Positions 13,801 through 26,578 of a DNA stretch of 64,000 nt are shown in pieces; the stretch's first letter is position 1, and each line of letters starts with the position of its first letter. A program made the translations under genes and the position numbers. Source of the DNA: Lytechinus pictus (lineage: Eukaryota); NCBI RefSeq assembly GCF_037042905.1, contig NC_087250.1, positions 10,976,001-11,040,000 on the forward strand, read 5' to 3'. The notes beneath the pieces were generated by a model. It made no database searches and was not told the origin of the DNA. It saw only the letters and a program-made list of their open reading frames with translations.

Positions 13801-16591
13801 AAAAAATCTATATCATCTTCCATTTTCTATATTGATAACGTGGGTAGATATATTTCGCAAAAGACAATATGATGATGATCATCATCATCATCGTATAAAA
13901 ATGCACGACTAAACTATTTTTTGTGAACTTGGGGCTTAGGGTTATGGCAAGACAGAGGCCTCAATCTTTCACTAAAAGTTTTTGTTTGTTTTTTTATTTT
14001 TTTATAAATTATATGTCTCATTTAATTCGATTTCCCACGCAGATATTATAATAATAACATAATTTTGTTCCTGAAGTTTGCGCATCGGTATTCGATTTGT
14101 AATATCCTGAAATTAATTCAAAGAGTTAAACGAATAATAGTGACTAAAATTGTAAGTCTGAAATCATACCTCCCGAATCTCTTCTTGTCACTTTCTACGT
14201 TTCTTTCTTTATCTTACTATTCCCTCAAAAAGAGCCAATCAATTACTGAAAGTAACAGAAAGTATATTTTCTTGAATAAATTATAGCATCCGCAATCATA
14301 AGTGTTTTTTTATTTGTTCTTTCGTTTTGTTTGATTGTCTCCTTCGTTTTGTTATATTGTCTCCTTGATTTCACAACCGAAAATAAATCATTAAAACATT
14401 CACAATAGTTAGAATTCATTTTTGTCTCTATCGTTTTAATCGTTCAATCTAATAGTACAGAGGCGGCGGAGTTGGTAGGAAGTTTCAGTCCTCACCCCTT
14501 TCACCAAACATGTACAAAAAATCCGAAGTATATATAAATTTCTGATTTTTTCGGCCGGTCCACTTGCTCCCACATTCAGTAACGGAAACATTTTTTTTTT
14601 CTCTATGAATATTTTCTACCACGCTATTCGCCGGTAAAAAAAAGGAGAAAGAAATTGGCAAAAAAGTAGGAAAATCAATAAAATTTGGGTAGGTATCAAC
14701 ATTTTTTTTGGGGGGGGTGTAGGTTACACATAAATACAAATTTTGTAGGATTGAGAGGATTCTATCGGGTGACACGCCAGACAAATGTGTTTTCTTTATA
14801 ATGGGTGCCTTAACGTAATTTCTCATCCTGTATCATTTTATTTCCTCCATTTCGCGCGAGGAAACTTTTACTTCATTATTGGCTTTATCATTTGAAGTGA
14901 TTATGTTTCCGACAACTTTTCAATGCAAAATTTTTCATCTGGGAGAGAAAAGGAAATAAGATGAAGAGCTTCTAAAACCTAACCTATTATAAATTCATTC
15001 TGTAAAATGACATGAATTAACAAATTGTATTTTTAGCCGCTTCATCCCCGTCCCACAGCTCAACCCCTGCACCATAAAAAAAACATTGCTGTCCCTGTTT
15101 AACATCTTTTTCCAAACATTTTGGTTTAGACGCTAACCATGGTAAGCGCCCCAAATGCGATTTTTTGGTCGAAACGGGGGGAAAAGGGGCCTGGACGGTC
15201 TTTATTCTTATCCTTTTTACCGCGTTACTCGCAATTAAAAACAGAAAATCGGAGAGAGGAGACAAACAAGCAATATTATAGTGTAGGTCAGAACATTTCC
15301 ATCGGGGGGGGGGGGGTCAAACAAGAACAATGATAAAAAGCATTGGCAAGGGTCTGGGGACCGAGTTGCAACAAACAGACGTTTGGGATTTTTAAAAGTA
15401 ATCCAACCAAAAAATAAAGTCATGTTGTAATTCGTTTAAGTAGATATTCATGGAATTTTAGCAAAAGTACACTTGTCTGTTCCCCATTTTATCTCTGTCT
15501 CTCATTCTCTCTCGTTCTCCCTGACATTTGGACATATTTTTTTCGATAATTTCCGTAAATAATTATTCGTTCATCCTTATATGCATCATCACCCAGGGGA
15601 AGCTCCTATATGCAATATGAATCACTGACGGATGTCATAAGCACCTGTGTTGTCGGTAAACGAGACATTTTTTTTAAGATACGGTATGTTGGTCGAAAAA
15701 AAAGGATTCATAAAAGCTTTTTGTATTGCTAAGTACGAAAAGCGTTCAATGGGTCACCCTGCCGATAAACACTAATCTTCCTTTTGTTCGGGGCGTTGAC
15801 CATCTGTATCCTGCTCTTTTCGGAAGGAATTTGTTTAAGTGGCCGCCCAGACATTCTTTTGTTCGGTTAGTGCCGATATCATGAACTACATGGACGTTCC
15901 CCTTTTTAAAAGAGCAGAAGATGAATGGTGTGCTAAACTGCTTTCTTTTCTCCCTTTTTTCAGAATAGTAGACAAAAATAATGAGAAGAAGAGGGATGAT
16001 GGGGAGGGAAAAAGTTCAAAAGTGCACCGAGATCAGCTCAAAATACTAAGACATTACAAGCTACATGTATTTGATTTTCTGAAAATGCAATCGATCGATG
16101 AAACCAAGGAGATATCATTCTATCTAGAGTGATATCTTCTTGATTAAACAAATAAGACGAAAATGGTGAATAAACGCGTAGCTTATTACGTGACGATCTT
16201 GCAGAAAAGATGTTAGCGTATATCTATCAGAACAACGATATGGATCAAATCACGTGATCAGAACAAATCACGTGATCAGGCCTTATGCGCACGCGTACGT
16301 GCTCGTCACAAAATTTATCCTCCCCGTCCGACTCCAACGAAAAAATCTGGTAAAGTTGAAATGATTTCCAATTTTCGGGATTTTTCCCCACGTAGCTGTA
16401 TATTTTTTTCAATCTGTTATCGAAATAGGTTTATAAAGGAATAGTGGCAGAGGTTTTAGTACATAACATTTACGAAAAAGCTGAAAAACTTCATTGAATT
16501 AAACCAAACATTTCTCGGCTTCTGTAGAAGCCCGTCGTAGCTAAGTAAACGACTCGCTGGGCTTCTGTGGAAGCCCGTCGCACGCAAAGGG
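10847..16591. mobile_element. Non-autonomous piggyBac-like DNA transposon, copy 1 (5745 bp), inserted into the satellite
   Basis: Perfect 13-bp TIR CCCTTTGCGTGCG...CGCACGCAAAGGG. The satellite resumes in register on both sides (ATTGTCATTAC.. / CTAAATATCAATGG). Flanks are CTTA and CTAA, while the second copy at 39454-44231 has perfect TTAA flanks. No transposase ORF. Confidence 0.9.
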
Positions 16592-17866
16592 CTAAATATC
16601 AATGGATTTTTTCTCGTACTGTGCGTTAATCAAGATGACCATGCGTTGTAATGAAAATATCTGATTTCATGAAAAACCTTTTCCATTGATATATTGGATA
16701 GACAAAAATCAAGCTTATAGACATTCATCTAAATGATAGTTCAAAATACTTTGAAATATAGATGTATATGGTGTATACTTACGTTCTGCCAAATAAGATG
16801 AGGAAAAGAGAAAGAATAACAAAATATGAAAAAATAAGAGATATTTTCAAAAACACTATTCGAAACGTACTTGGAACTATTTATATTGTTTTAGAGGTTG
16901 GCCTGATTTCAAAAAAGTAATTTTAGAGGATTGAAAAATTGAATTATTTAATTGTCATAATTCTAAATATCAACGGATTTTTTATCATACTGTGGGTTAA
17001 TCAAGGTGACCATACGTTGTATTGAAAATATCTGATTTTATGAAAAACAATTTTCTATTGATATATTGGATTGACAAAAATCAAGCTTATAGACATTCAT
17101 CTAAATGATAGTTCAAAATACTTTGAAATATAGATTTATATGGTGTATACTTACGTTCTGCCAAATAAGATGAAGAAAAGAGAAAGAATAACAAAATATG
17201 AAAAATAAGGAATATTTTCAAAAACACTATTCGAAACGTACTTGGAACTATTTATATTGTTTTAGAGGTTGGCCTGATTTCAAAAAAGTAATTTTAGAGG
17301 ATTGAAAAATTGAATTATTTAATTGTCATAATTCTAAATATCAATGGATTTTTTTCTCATACTGTGGGTTAATCAAGGTGACCATACGTTGTATCGAAAA
17401 TATCTGATTTTATGAAAAACAATTTTCTATTGATATATTGGATTGACAAAAATCAAGCTTATAGACATTCATCTAAATGATAGTTCAAAATACTTTGAAA
17501 TATAGATGTATATGGTGTATACTTACGTTCTGCCAAATAAGATGAAGAAAAGAGACAGAATAACAAAATATGAAAAAATAAGGAATATTTTCAAAAACAC
17601 TATTCGAAACGTACTTGGAACTATTTGTATTGTTTTAGAGGTTGGCCTGATTTCAAAAAAGTAATTTTAGAGGATTGAAAAATTGAATTATTTAATTGTC
17701 ATAATTATAAATATAAATGGATTTTTTTCTCATACTGTGGGTTAATCAAGGTGACCATACGTTGTATTGAAAATATCTGATTTTATGAAAAACCTTTTCC
17801 ATTGATATATTGGATAGACAAAAATCAAGCTTATAGACATTCATCTAAATGATAGTCAAAATACTT
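16592..17866. repeat. Satellite continuation: about 3.5 monomers with 372-bp period
   Basis: AAGCTTATAGAC occurs at 16711, 17083, 17455 and 17827. Same monomer family as 1-10846. Confidence 0.97.
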
Positions 17867-19608
17867 GATTGATTGATTGATTGATTGATTTGATTGATTT
17901 TATTTGGCAAGTCACCTTAACATATATACAGTAGCATTAAAACAACAGGCTTGCACAGGATGACCCACGAAAGCTCGAAAGCTTATTTCCAGTGGGGTCC
18001 TCAATATACAGAATTATGATAATAAAATGTTAAAATTATACTATTTACATATTAAAAATGAAGAAAAAAATCAGAATTTACTATTACCATTAAATAAGAT
18101 ATATAATCAATAAATAAGATATATACAAGAATATAACGAAGAAGAAGAAAAGAAGGAGAAGGAAGAGGAGGAACAGAAGAAGAGAGGGGACGAGTAGTAG
18201 AAGGAGACGGAAGAAACTGATAACGAAGGAAAGTAAATCAGGAGAAGAACAACAGCAAAAACGTGACGACAATAACAACACGAAGAAGAGAATAAGAAGA
18301 GATAAAAGAAATAGAAAGAATACAAGAAAGGACATATCGAAGCTTCAATCAAACTATGTAAAATACATAATAATACCTAGTAGAGAAGAGAAAAGAACTA
18401 GGTCAGTATTCAGGCTAAATCAACCGTACAACATATCATTTGCATCTTCTTTTTGACTCTCAAGTGAAAGATATTCTTTCAATTTCCTCTTAAAATGCAA
18501 AAAGTTTCTTATTTCCTTTATATCATTGGGAAGGGAATTCCAATGTTTTATAGCATTGTAATAAAATGAGTTACCAATACTACCTATCCTTTCTGGTAAG
18601 CAAAAATTGAAATGGCTGTTTCTTGTATTATAGTTATGTATTTCGGTAACTAGATTAAAGTTTGATCCAATGTAATGATTTGATCTATTATGATAGATTT
18701 TATGCACATGGTGCAAAATTAACTGTTTTGATCTTTTGTTGACTTCAAGAAAACCTGCTCCAGAGAGTTCGGTGTAGCCAACATGGGTTCTGGGACCAGA
18801 ACAGCTAATGAATCTACCCATTTTATTCTGTATAATTTTCAACTTCTTTTTATCGAGTTCGCTTATGCCACTAAACCAAGCAGGGTTGGCATCGTCAAAT
18901 AAACTCTGAGTAAGAGCAAAACAGAGAATACGCCTTGCTTTTTGATCCATACAACTTTGATACCTGTACAAAAATTTCAAACGGGCATTCGCCTTTTTTA
19001 CGATTGATTCTACTAAAGATGAAAATGAAAGGGAGCTAGTCAACTCAATGCCTAAATACTTTACAGATTCTTTCCTCTGAATTATCTTATTATTGTATGA
19101 TACTTCAAATTCAAATAAAGTTTTATGATTACTCTTAGAACAAAACAGAATGCTTTCGGTTTTGCCTAAGTGTAACGATAATCTATTATCAGTCATCCAA
19201 TCGACACATAGCTGCTCGCTAAGTTTTTCCTCAACAAATTTTGGGTTGGCATTTGAACAAAGTAGTACGCTATCATATGCATACAATAATAATTTACAGT
19301 CTGCTTTTATACAAATAGACATGTCATTGATATAAGTTGAAAAAAGGATTGGGCCTAAAATACTTCCCTGTGGAACTCCACACGTTATAGGCATAATTTT
19401 GGAACAAATATCGCGAATAGCCACTACTTGATGTCGATTCGACAAGTAGGATTTGAACCATGCTACAGTAGCCTGGTTAAAACCCATTATTTGTATTTTT
19501 TTCAATAAGACGCCGTGATTAACTGTATCAAATGCTTTTTGAAGATCTAGGAGTACCATCCCAACGAATTGTCCCTTAGAAATATTTGTTCTCAGATAAT
19601 CAGTCAAG
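17867..19608 (-). mobile_element. 5'-truncated CR1/L2-group LINE inserted in the satellite
   Basis: (GATT)n tract at ~17867-17899 reads as an (AATC)n 3' tail next to AATAAA on the minus strand. There is a 3' UTR stem-loop region near 17955-18000 and an RT ORF. The satellite resumes at 19609 with a few bases lost and no TSD. Confidence 0.92.
18420..19608 (-). pseudogene. LINE reverse transcriptase, C-terminal part, probably inactive
   Basis: Motifs LDLQKAFDTVNH, GVPQGSILGP, KYLG and WNSLP are present. The catalytic YADD reads YAYD. The first ~11 aa of the track ORF (to 19643) come from satellite sequence. Confidence 0.9.
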
Positions 19609-19670
19609 ATAAATGTATGTGGTCTATACTTACGATCTGCCAAATAAGATAACGAAAAAGAGAAAGAATA
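19609..19670. repeat. Last partial satellite monomer (array boundary)
   Basis: ATAAATGTATGTGGTCTATACTTACGATCTGCCAAATAAGATAACGAAAAAGAGAAAGAATA matches the monomer. No satellite was seen downstream. Confidence 0.9.
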
Positions 19671-19905
19671 TGTTTATTCGATTATCGCATAAATTCTTTT
19701 GGAGAGAATACAAGTTTTAGTATGTAAACAAATACTGACTATAAACCAGTTCACTGCCCTTCAGAAGGAGGTCAAGTTCACGCGTACTTCTGTTGGGGGA
19801 AGTCGGTCAAAACGCGCACCCGAAAGGATTGTATCTTCTTCTTCTTCTGTATCCTTCCTCCGCTGTATCGGAGATCCACAGTTTAATACTGCATTAATAT
19901 TAGCG

Positions 19906-22241
19906 TTACATATTTTGACGTGAGAGTAAGGTAGACCGAGAGAGGTGAATCTTATGCAAGAAATTTAAGACAAGTAGGTTGAGGTCGTTTTTGGAGGAGT
20001 CTGCTAATTCGACGTCAGGAAGAAACAGGACGGAAGCGGTAAATTGTTGAGGTTCTTGATCATTGAAATGCACAGAAAAATACTGCAGTTCCTCGTCTTC
20101 TTTTATTAAGTTTAGAAGTGTTTTCCTGTGTGTGCTAAACGCTGGGCATTCTCCAACAAAATGTACAACACTTTCCAGTTCGGAGTGGCAGAACTTGCAG
20201 GACTTTGTGGTACTTTGATTCAGAGACAATAACCTTCTATTCGTTGGGTATGTACTGCAGGATAATTGAGCTCTGATGGACATAGCTTCCCTCAGGAGAG
20301 GGCTGGAGACTTGCTTTGGGTAATAATTCTTTTTATCACGTTGGGTCATGCCCGACCATAGACTTAGAGAAGATTTTTTAGCAATTGCAATTTCAAGGGC
20401 AGCATAGTGTTGTTTATAAATTTTTCCCAGTGCTAGCTTCTTCCATACTTTATATGGAATGTGATCTCTAAGGATGTTAGTGAGACTTGGAAGCTCATAA
20501 CTATTGAGGATTTTTATCCAGCGTCTTACCAAGGGTGTATTGTATGCTATACCATTCAACAGGATTCTTCTCTCAGTGCGCTCGTCTGAAAGGCTTGCAT
20601 ATTGCCCAAGTAAGATAAGAATTTCATAGTCGATTCGCTTATCCATTGGGAGGATATCGAGCAATAAATAAACAATTTCGTCCGCCGCACTCCTTGGCAA
20701 ACCAAGCACTCTTTTAAAAAGAAATGTTTGAGCCTTGTTCAGACGGGACAGCATGTAGTTGGTAAGTTGAATAATCTTAATCCCATATAGCATTCTTGGT
20801 ATGCAGAACATTTTCCAAAGATGAGTACATATTGGTGGCAGCAGGCGTAGAGTTCCTTGCTTGGTTCCAGTGAGAGAGAAGAAGGTGTTATATCCCTTTG
20901 AAATGATGTTATTGGTATGGTCAATATTACAATTGCTTTTTACTATGCCAAGGTGTGAGTGCTCTCTGCTTTCCTTGATCGTCAATCCTCCCATTTTCCA
21001 CTCGACTGAACTTACATTGGTTGATGCTTTTTTGTTTATTACTACTACGGCACTTTTTTGTGGATTAATTTTATATCTCCAAGCACAGGAATAAGAGAAG
21101 GTGAGGTCCAGCTTTGATTGGAGTTCTCGGGGGCATGTACTGATTAGAGCAACATCATCTGCTAGTACTATCACTCCCATGTAGCAACCATTAATAGAGC
21201 ATCCAAGACAAACGTTCCTTAGTGATTTGATCAGGCCATCGATGGAGACTGTATATAAGGTGGGAGAGAGCACACTCCCCTGTTTTACACCTTGGAGGAT
21301 TTGAAAAGGAGAGCTGACTTTTCCTTCCCACATGACTTTACTGGTACTACCGTTGTAGAACTCTTCCAGTGTAGATAACAGGGATTCATGGAGGCCTAGG
21401 TTTTGAAGCTTAGAAAATAGGCCTTTATGCCAAACTATGTCAAATGCTTTCTGTGCATCGAGAAGAGCAAGGTATGTTGTACATTTCTTGGCAGAGTTCA
21501 GTTGGATTATTAATTCCAGTGAAGATGCAGTAAGGAGGCAAGATTTGCCTTTCTGGAATCCAAATTGTAACTGGTCTGGGACATTATTTATTGCGAGTGG
21601 AATTTCTAGTTGAGATTTGATGAGCATTTCCAAAACTTTACCAATTGTTGAAGAAACTGTTATGCCTCGGTAGTTAGAAGGATCTTTTACATATTTTCCC
21701 TTTCCTTTGTGAACTGGGACTATAAGGCCGGACTTCAAAGGTTCAGGAATATACTTTAGGGATATACATCGATTGAAGAGGGCGAGAAGTAATTTCCGAG
21801 CTATTGGGCCAAGATTTATAAGATGCTCAGGAGATATATTATCAGGTCCTGCAGCTTTTTGTTTCATGAGAGAGTTAATAGCTTCATCTAGATCTTTTGA
21901 AGTAGAGGGTTGAAGTGGTTGATTCAAATTGTCCTGGAACGGGCGAGTGGGAATAGCTTCATCCAATTCAGGCGGAGAAGAGGCACTCATATAATCCGGT
22001 TTAGCAAGATCTGAGAAATGTGAGTTGAAGCCATCTAAAAGTGCCTCTCCTTCATATGTTGTACCCCTATAAGACAGTGTATCAGTGGACCGAGATCCTT
22101 TAGTGCTTTTGACAAGCCTATAGAAGAGTTTATCATTGCTACCTTTAGCATCCTCAATTTCTGAAAGGAGATTATTGTGATACATCCTCCGTGCTTGCCT
22201 GATGCTACTTCTAAATAGACGTTTTGTATATACATGCTTGA
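19906..22241 (-). CDS. LINE ORF2 C-terminal part: reverse transcriptase plus CCHC zinc knuckle
   Basis: Motifs KAAGPDNI, NYRGIT, QFGFQ, LDAQKAFD, GVKQGSVLSP, LADD, HLG and CKFC...ESVVHFVGEC. In frame with the upstream piece once the MITE is removed. Confidence 0.9.
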
Positions 22242-23837
22242 CAGCGGCGTAACAGGGGTCGGTGGCCAGGGGGGGCAAGAGCCAAAAATTTCCCGGTCAT
22301 ATCATTGAACAGGCAATGGCGTCATAAGGCAAAAATGTTGAGGGGGCGATATGGCGTATCGGGCAAATGTATATACATATAAGCGAGCGAGCGAAGTGAG
22401 CGAGAAAAAAAAATTTGACATCTTTATTGCAAAAAATCAAATTTTGTGATAGATTTTGACATAATGTTAAAAAGATGATATCATATTCACCCTCCTCTCT
22501 TTCCTCTTTTTCTCTCTTTTTTTGTACGCCACGGTGAACAGGATTTTTGTTATGAACTTATGATTGTGAGCATCAGGGCGAAGCTCTATATGCTTGAGGG
22601 GGCCGAGTATGGCGCTTTTGGCAAGAAGTGGCTTAATATAGGTCCCGAGCGAGCGAAGCGAGCGAGATAAAAAATCACCTTTTCATGAGAATCTAACATG
22701 AAGATAGATTTTAACGTGATATTCAGAAAAATATAATACACTTTCCTTTCTTTCCTCATTTTGTTTGTTTGGTTGTAGAACTTTTGGGGGCCATGGTCCA
22801 AACTCATCCATATAACAGTGCTTTATGGGTGGGGTCCAGGGCAGAGCCACGGAACCTCTTGATCTCAAAGCCATTTTAAACCTTACAGATGGCCACTTAT
22901 TTTAATCAAATTGCGTGTATATTTATATAGCTTTAACACAACACATAAATTCAATGCAGTTGTGTATCGTAATCATCCAAATATTGTGAGGGGCACACCA
23001 TAGCAAATGTGGGAAAAATTTTAAAAAGTCGCCAGCGAGCGAAGCGAGCCAGAAAAAAAGGGCCTGTTAAAATGAAATTCTAATTATGTGATAGATTTTT
23101 ACATCATTATAGCAAATATCATGTCATATATTTTTTTTAATTCATCTCATTTCGCTGCCTCCTTTATTTTCTTTTATTTCCCCTTGGCTGTGGAACCACC
23201 CCCCGGTACGCCAGTGCTTCACCGTAAAGCTTAATGGAGGAAGGGTCCATATAGGGGCCCGTTATAGAACCCATTGAAGGTTACAGATGAAGAGCCCCCA
23301 CTGCACGGGGTCTTGACTCTTGGACAGAGCCTTTGGAGATTTAGCAAGTTTATGATAGACTTTCGGACGACATTATGCTATATATACCATCCATTTTTCT
23401 TCCCGCTCGTTATCTCAATCCTCGGCAGCCCGGTAGTGTACGTTATCTTGTCCCTATTCTTTATTTTCCAATTTAGATTTTGGCCAATTCCATTCTGCCT
23501 TTATTTCCCGCTTTTGTTTGCCTTTTTGTCATCTTTAATTTATTTCCCTGTCTTACTGATCATGCTAATGTATTTGTATATCGGGGCGAATTGTTCTTTG
23601 TCACATGTTCTTTTTCCTTCCTTTTCCCGTTACCTTTCCGTTTTCCCTTTTTCATGTTTTTTCTTAGTTTTCTTTTCCCTTTTCCTTTCCCTTCCCCCTT
23701 TTTTCTTTCCTTTCCCTTTCCCTTTCTTCCCCCTTTTTTTTCTTTTTCCCGTTTTTTTATTTTCCCGGTGAGCTCCGCCAGGGGGGGGGGGCAGCTTGCC
23801 CCCCCTGCCCCCCCCCCCCCCGCCTGTTACGCCACTG
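22242..23837. mobile_element. hAT-type non-autonomous element (MITE, 1596 bp)
   Basis: TIR CAG(C/T)GGCGTAACAGG at both ends. Perfect 8-bp TSD ATGCTTGA at 22234-22241 and 23838-23845. Internal GAGCGAAGCGAGC motifs and pyrimidine tracts. Confidence 0.93.
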
Positions 23838-25163
23838 ATGCTTGATCCAGAGAGGGTCCTTGCCTTTTGGTTTTCCGCTGGCCCTCCAGAGACGCCAATA
23901 ATATTGAGATTGTTTATAACATGCCTCTACCTTTTTGGTCCACTCTCTTTTCCGTTTCCTTTTTCTTTTCTGACGGCCCTTCGAGTGTGGTAGAGTTAGT
24001 GATACCTTCAACATTTCTTCGCTAAGTTGATCAAGTAGCAAGTCGATTTGAGTCGGATCCAAGCACATTGCAGGAAGATTATAGAAAAGGTTCTTTGATA
24101 TTTGTTCCATAGGAAGAGTATAGAGAAGGTGCAGCTGGTCAGCACTGCACTGAAGCCAAGATATCTTATGACGAAGTATAGACTTTCCAGATCCTTCAGC
24201 TTTGCGATCAGGTATATCATGATCTACTTGGTAATTGGCTAAAAGTGGTAGTGAAAATGTCACTTTAACCGGTGTGTGGTCAGAGGTGTTTAAAGGATCA
24301 TCATGCTGAATAAGAAGGTCAGAGAAGCAGTTTTCGAGTTTTGCAGGAATTATGAAGTCATCAATGTATGATTGTCGTAAACCATCATCTGATTGGAAGG
24401 TGTATAGCTCCTTTTTATTTTGGAGAGATGATAAGTTAATCATGTTCTCACTAATCAGAAATTCCTTCAGAATACGCTTTGTAGGTTTCTTACACGATGC
24501 ATTTGTCAGATCAGCATTCAGATCTCCACCAAGTATAATCAGGGCCTCTTTATGGGTTGCTTCGACGTGGGATATGGTAGAGAGCATATGATGATACTCA
24601 GAAATACTATTGGCATCAACATCACACGGAAAGTATCCATTGCAGATAATTAAATGCGAGTTTGATGGCTCATGGAGTAGATCTGTAATGACTAATCTTT
24701 GCGATTGAGATTCTATCTTTGTTGCTTTCCAAGAGCTTGATGTTCTGATGAATGTAGCTACCCATCCCTTTGCTCTCCTTCTTGGTAGTGGTAATGATGA
24801 GTTATTTTGCTGTGATATACTAAAGACTTGGAAGTTATCATTGATATTAGTAAGCTCATTAAGGTCCCAATGGTAAAGCCAGTGTTCTTGAATTAATAGG
24901 ATATCCAATTCTTCTAAAAGACGTGATATGAAAGCATTGTTAGATTGTGCCCCCCTGCAGTTGAAGGTTCCCATTCTTAGTTGTTTTCTAGTAAGTGGAG
25001 GCTTGTGGAGGTTAAGTGCAGTATTTGTTGGTGTTGGGCTCTCAGTGCTTGGCGAATGACAGGGTCCGTAGTGGATAGGGGTAGTGCCAGAAGATTGATT
25101 GTATACATCACTGCCTGTTAAGTGTCCTCCATTAGAGTTTTGTGGTCGGCGGTTGAGGCACAT
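23838..25163 (-). CDS. LINE ORF2 N-terminal part: apurinic-type endonuclease
   Basis: Motifs TFNCRG, LIQEHW, GDLNAD, YIDDF and SDHTPV. The last 26 aa of the track ORF are MITE-derived. Confidence 0.9.
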
Positions 25164-26373
25164 TTAAGCGTGCGCGGTAATTTTACACATCTGAAATGCG
25201 CTAATGTTCTGAATGCGCGATCAGCGTGGATGAAATCGAGTCATTCACTTTTTAATTTCCGTCCGGGAAAGACATTTTTTAGATCACGGTGATACCGGTA
25301 CTACGGTACCTTTTACTCGGAATTATTCGGAAACACGTACCCAATGCACGGAGATATCTGAGATAGAACTGTAATACTCTATCGCGATTTGGATCTATAC
25401 ACGGAAAACTAAATCGAACCCTAGCCGGTCTCTACCCTAATAACATCGGAACATATTCCACTGACACTGGCACTGATACCGGTACATCGGTGATAAAACT
25501 GTTAACATGGTTAACGTTATACGGTACTCTTCGCTTCGGCCTAGGCCTAGTCCTTTAATTCGGACAGATCTACGGAACCAATTTATTATCCCTCGGAGAC
25601 ATCTGACACGTGAAAATAAAACCCAATTTTAGTCGCAGGTAGGCTACCGTAACCTGCTGACGCCAGCTACACTCACTAGACTACAGATTGCTAGTCTAAC
25701 TTCGAGTTCGACCACATTACCGGTACTGGCTCCTCGATTTCGTCGACTATAATAAAGTTTGATTATTGCGGCTCACATCAAAACTTGACTGGTTCAATGG
25801 AATAATCAATGCCTCAAGATGGAAAACATAAAGGATCAACCAGCAGAGGAGGCAGGGGGAAAGGAGCCAAAGGTTCAAGGGGACGCCCACGTCCAAGGAG
25901 TCTACACAGCCACCTCCCACCCACGTCAACCCCCGACGAGCCACCAGTCATCTGGTGAGTTAACCAGCCTAGGGCTAGCCCTAGTGGCCTCTGGTGAACT
26001 TGTGTCATTCCTAGCATTGTGTCTGAAACTAGTAGAAATACAATGAGGGTTAACTCGATGGTTACTCAGGGGAGGAACCTGGGAATACAGCTGACAATAA
26101 CGCTAGGCCTAGTTTAACAACTCGCTCATTTTGCAGTGAAAATTCAACCAGGGCTTTAGTCCCAGACCCAGGTGAGAATGCAAGTGCTAGCGATTAGGGC
26201 CTATTTTAATGTCACGCTATAGCACATGTAGATGTGGACCTGGCCTGGACTATGGAGTTAATTTTAATCACTTGGTTGTGGATCAAGGTCTAGGGGTCTA
26301 AATTTTGAAATTGCCTCCAATTCCGATAAGAAATTGTATAAAGAATGGATTGATACATAGGCCTGTTACAACC

Positions 26374-26578
26374 GATAATGTCGCATCGACGCATAATGTC
26401 GCACCAACGCATAATGTCGCAGATTGCGACGTTATGCCAAGAGCATCCGACGCATAATGTCGCAGTCAACGCATAATGTCGTAGTTTTTCTAACGCATAA
26501 CGTCACATGTCGCAACGCATAATGTCGCAGCAAGTTGTCAACGCATAATGTCACATGTCGCAACGCATAATGTCGCAG
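26374..26578 (+). repeat. Subterminal array of ~9 ACGCATAATGTCGCA motifs, mirrored at ~38990-39150
   Basis: Read directly from the sequence. One inverted copy (TGCGACGTTATGC, ~26425) is present only in the left arm. Confidence 0.9.

Larger units (their letters stand above)
19834..25163 (-). mobile_element. Non-LTR retrotransposon with APE endonuclease, RT and C-terminal CCHC (RTEX-like; clade uncertain), 5'-truncated, interrupted by a MITE
   Basis: (GAA)n tail at ~19834-19847 on the minus strand, short 3' UTR, and ORF2 in two pieces. The 5' boundary is approximate and no TSD was found. Confidence 0.88.

Noticed and set aside
23274..23845. 165-aa and 121-aa hydrophobic ORFs resembling membrane proteins (also 18090-18352 and 44694-45094)
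   Set aside because: They are translations of pyrimidine-rich or AT-rich low-complexity tracts inside repeats.
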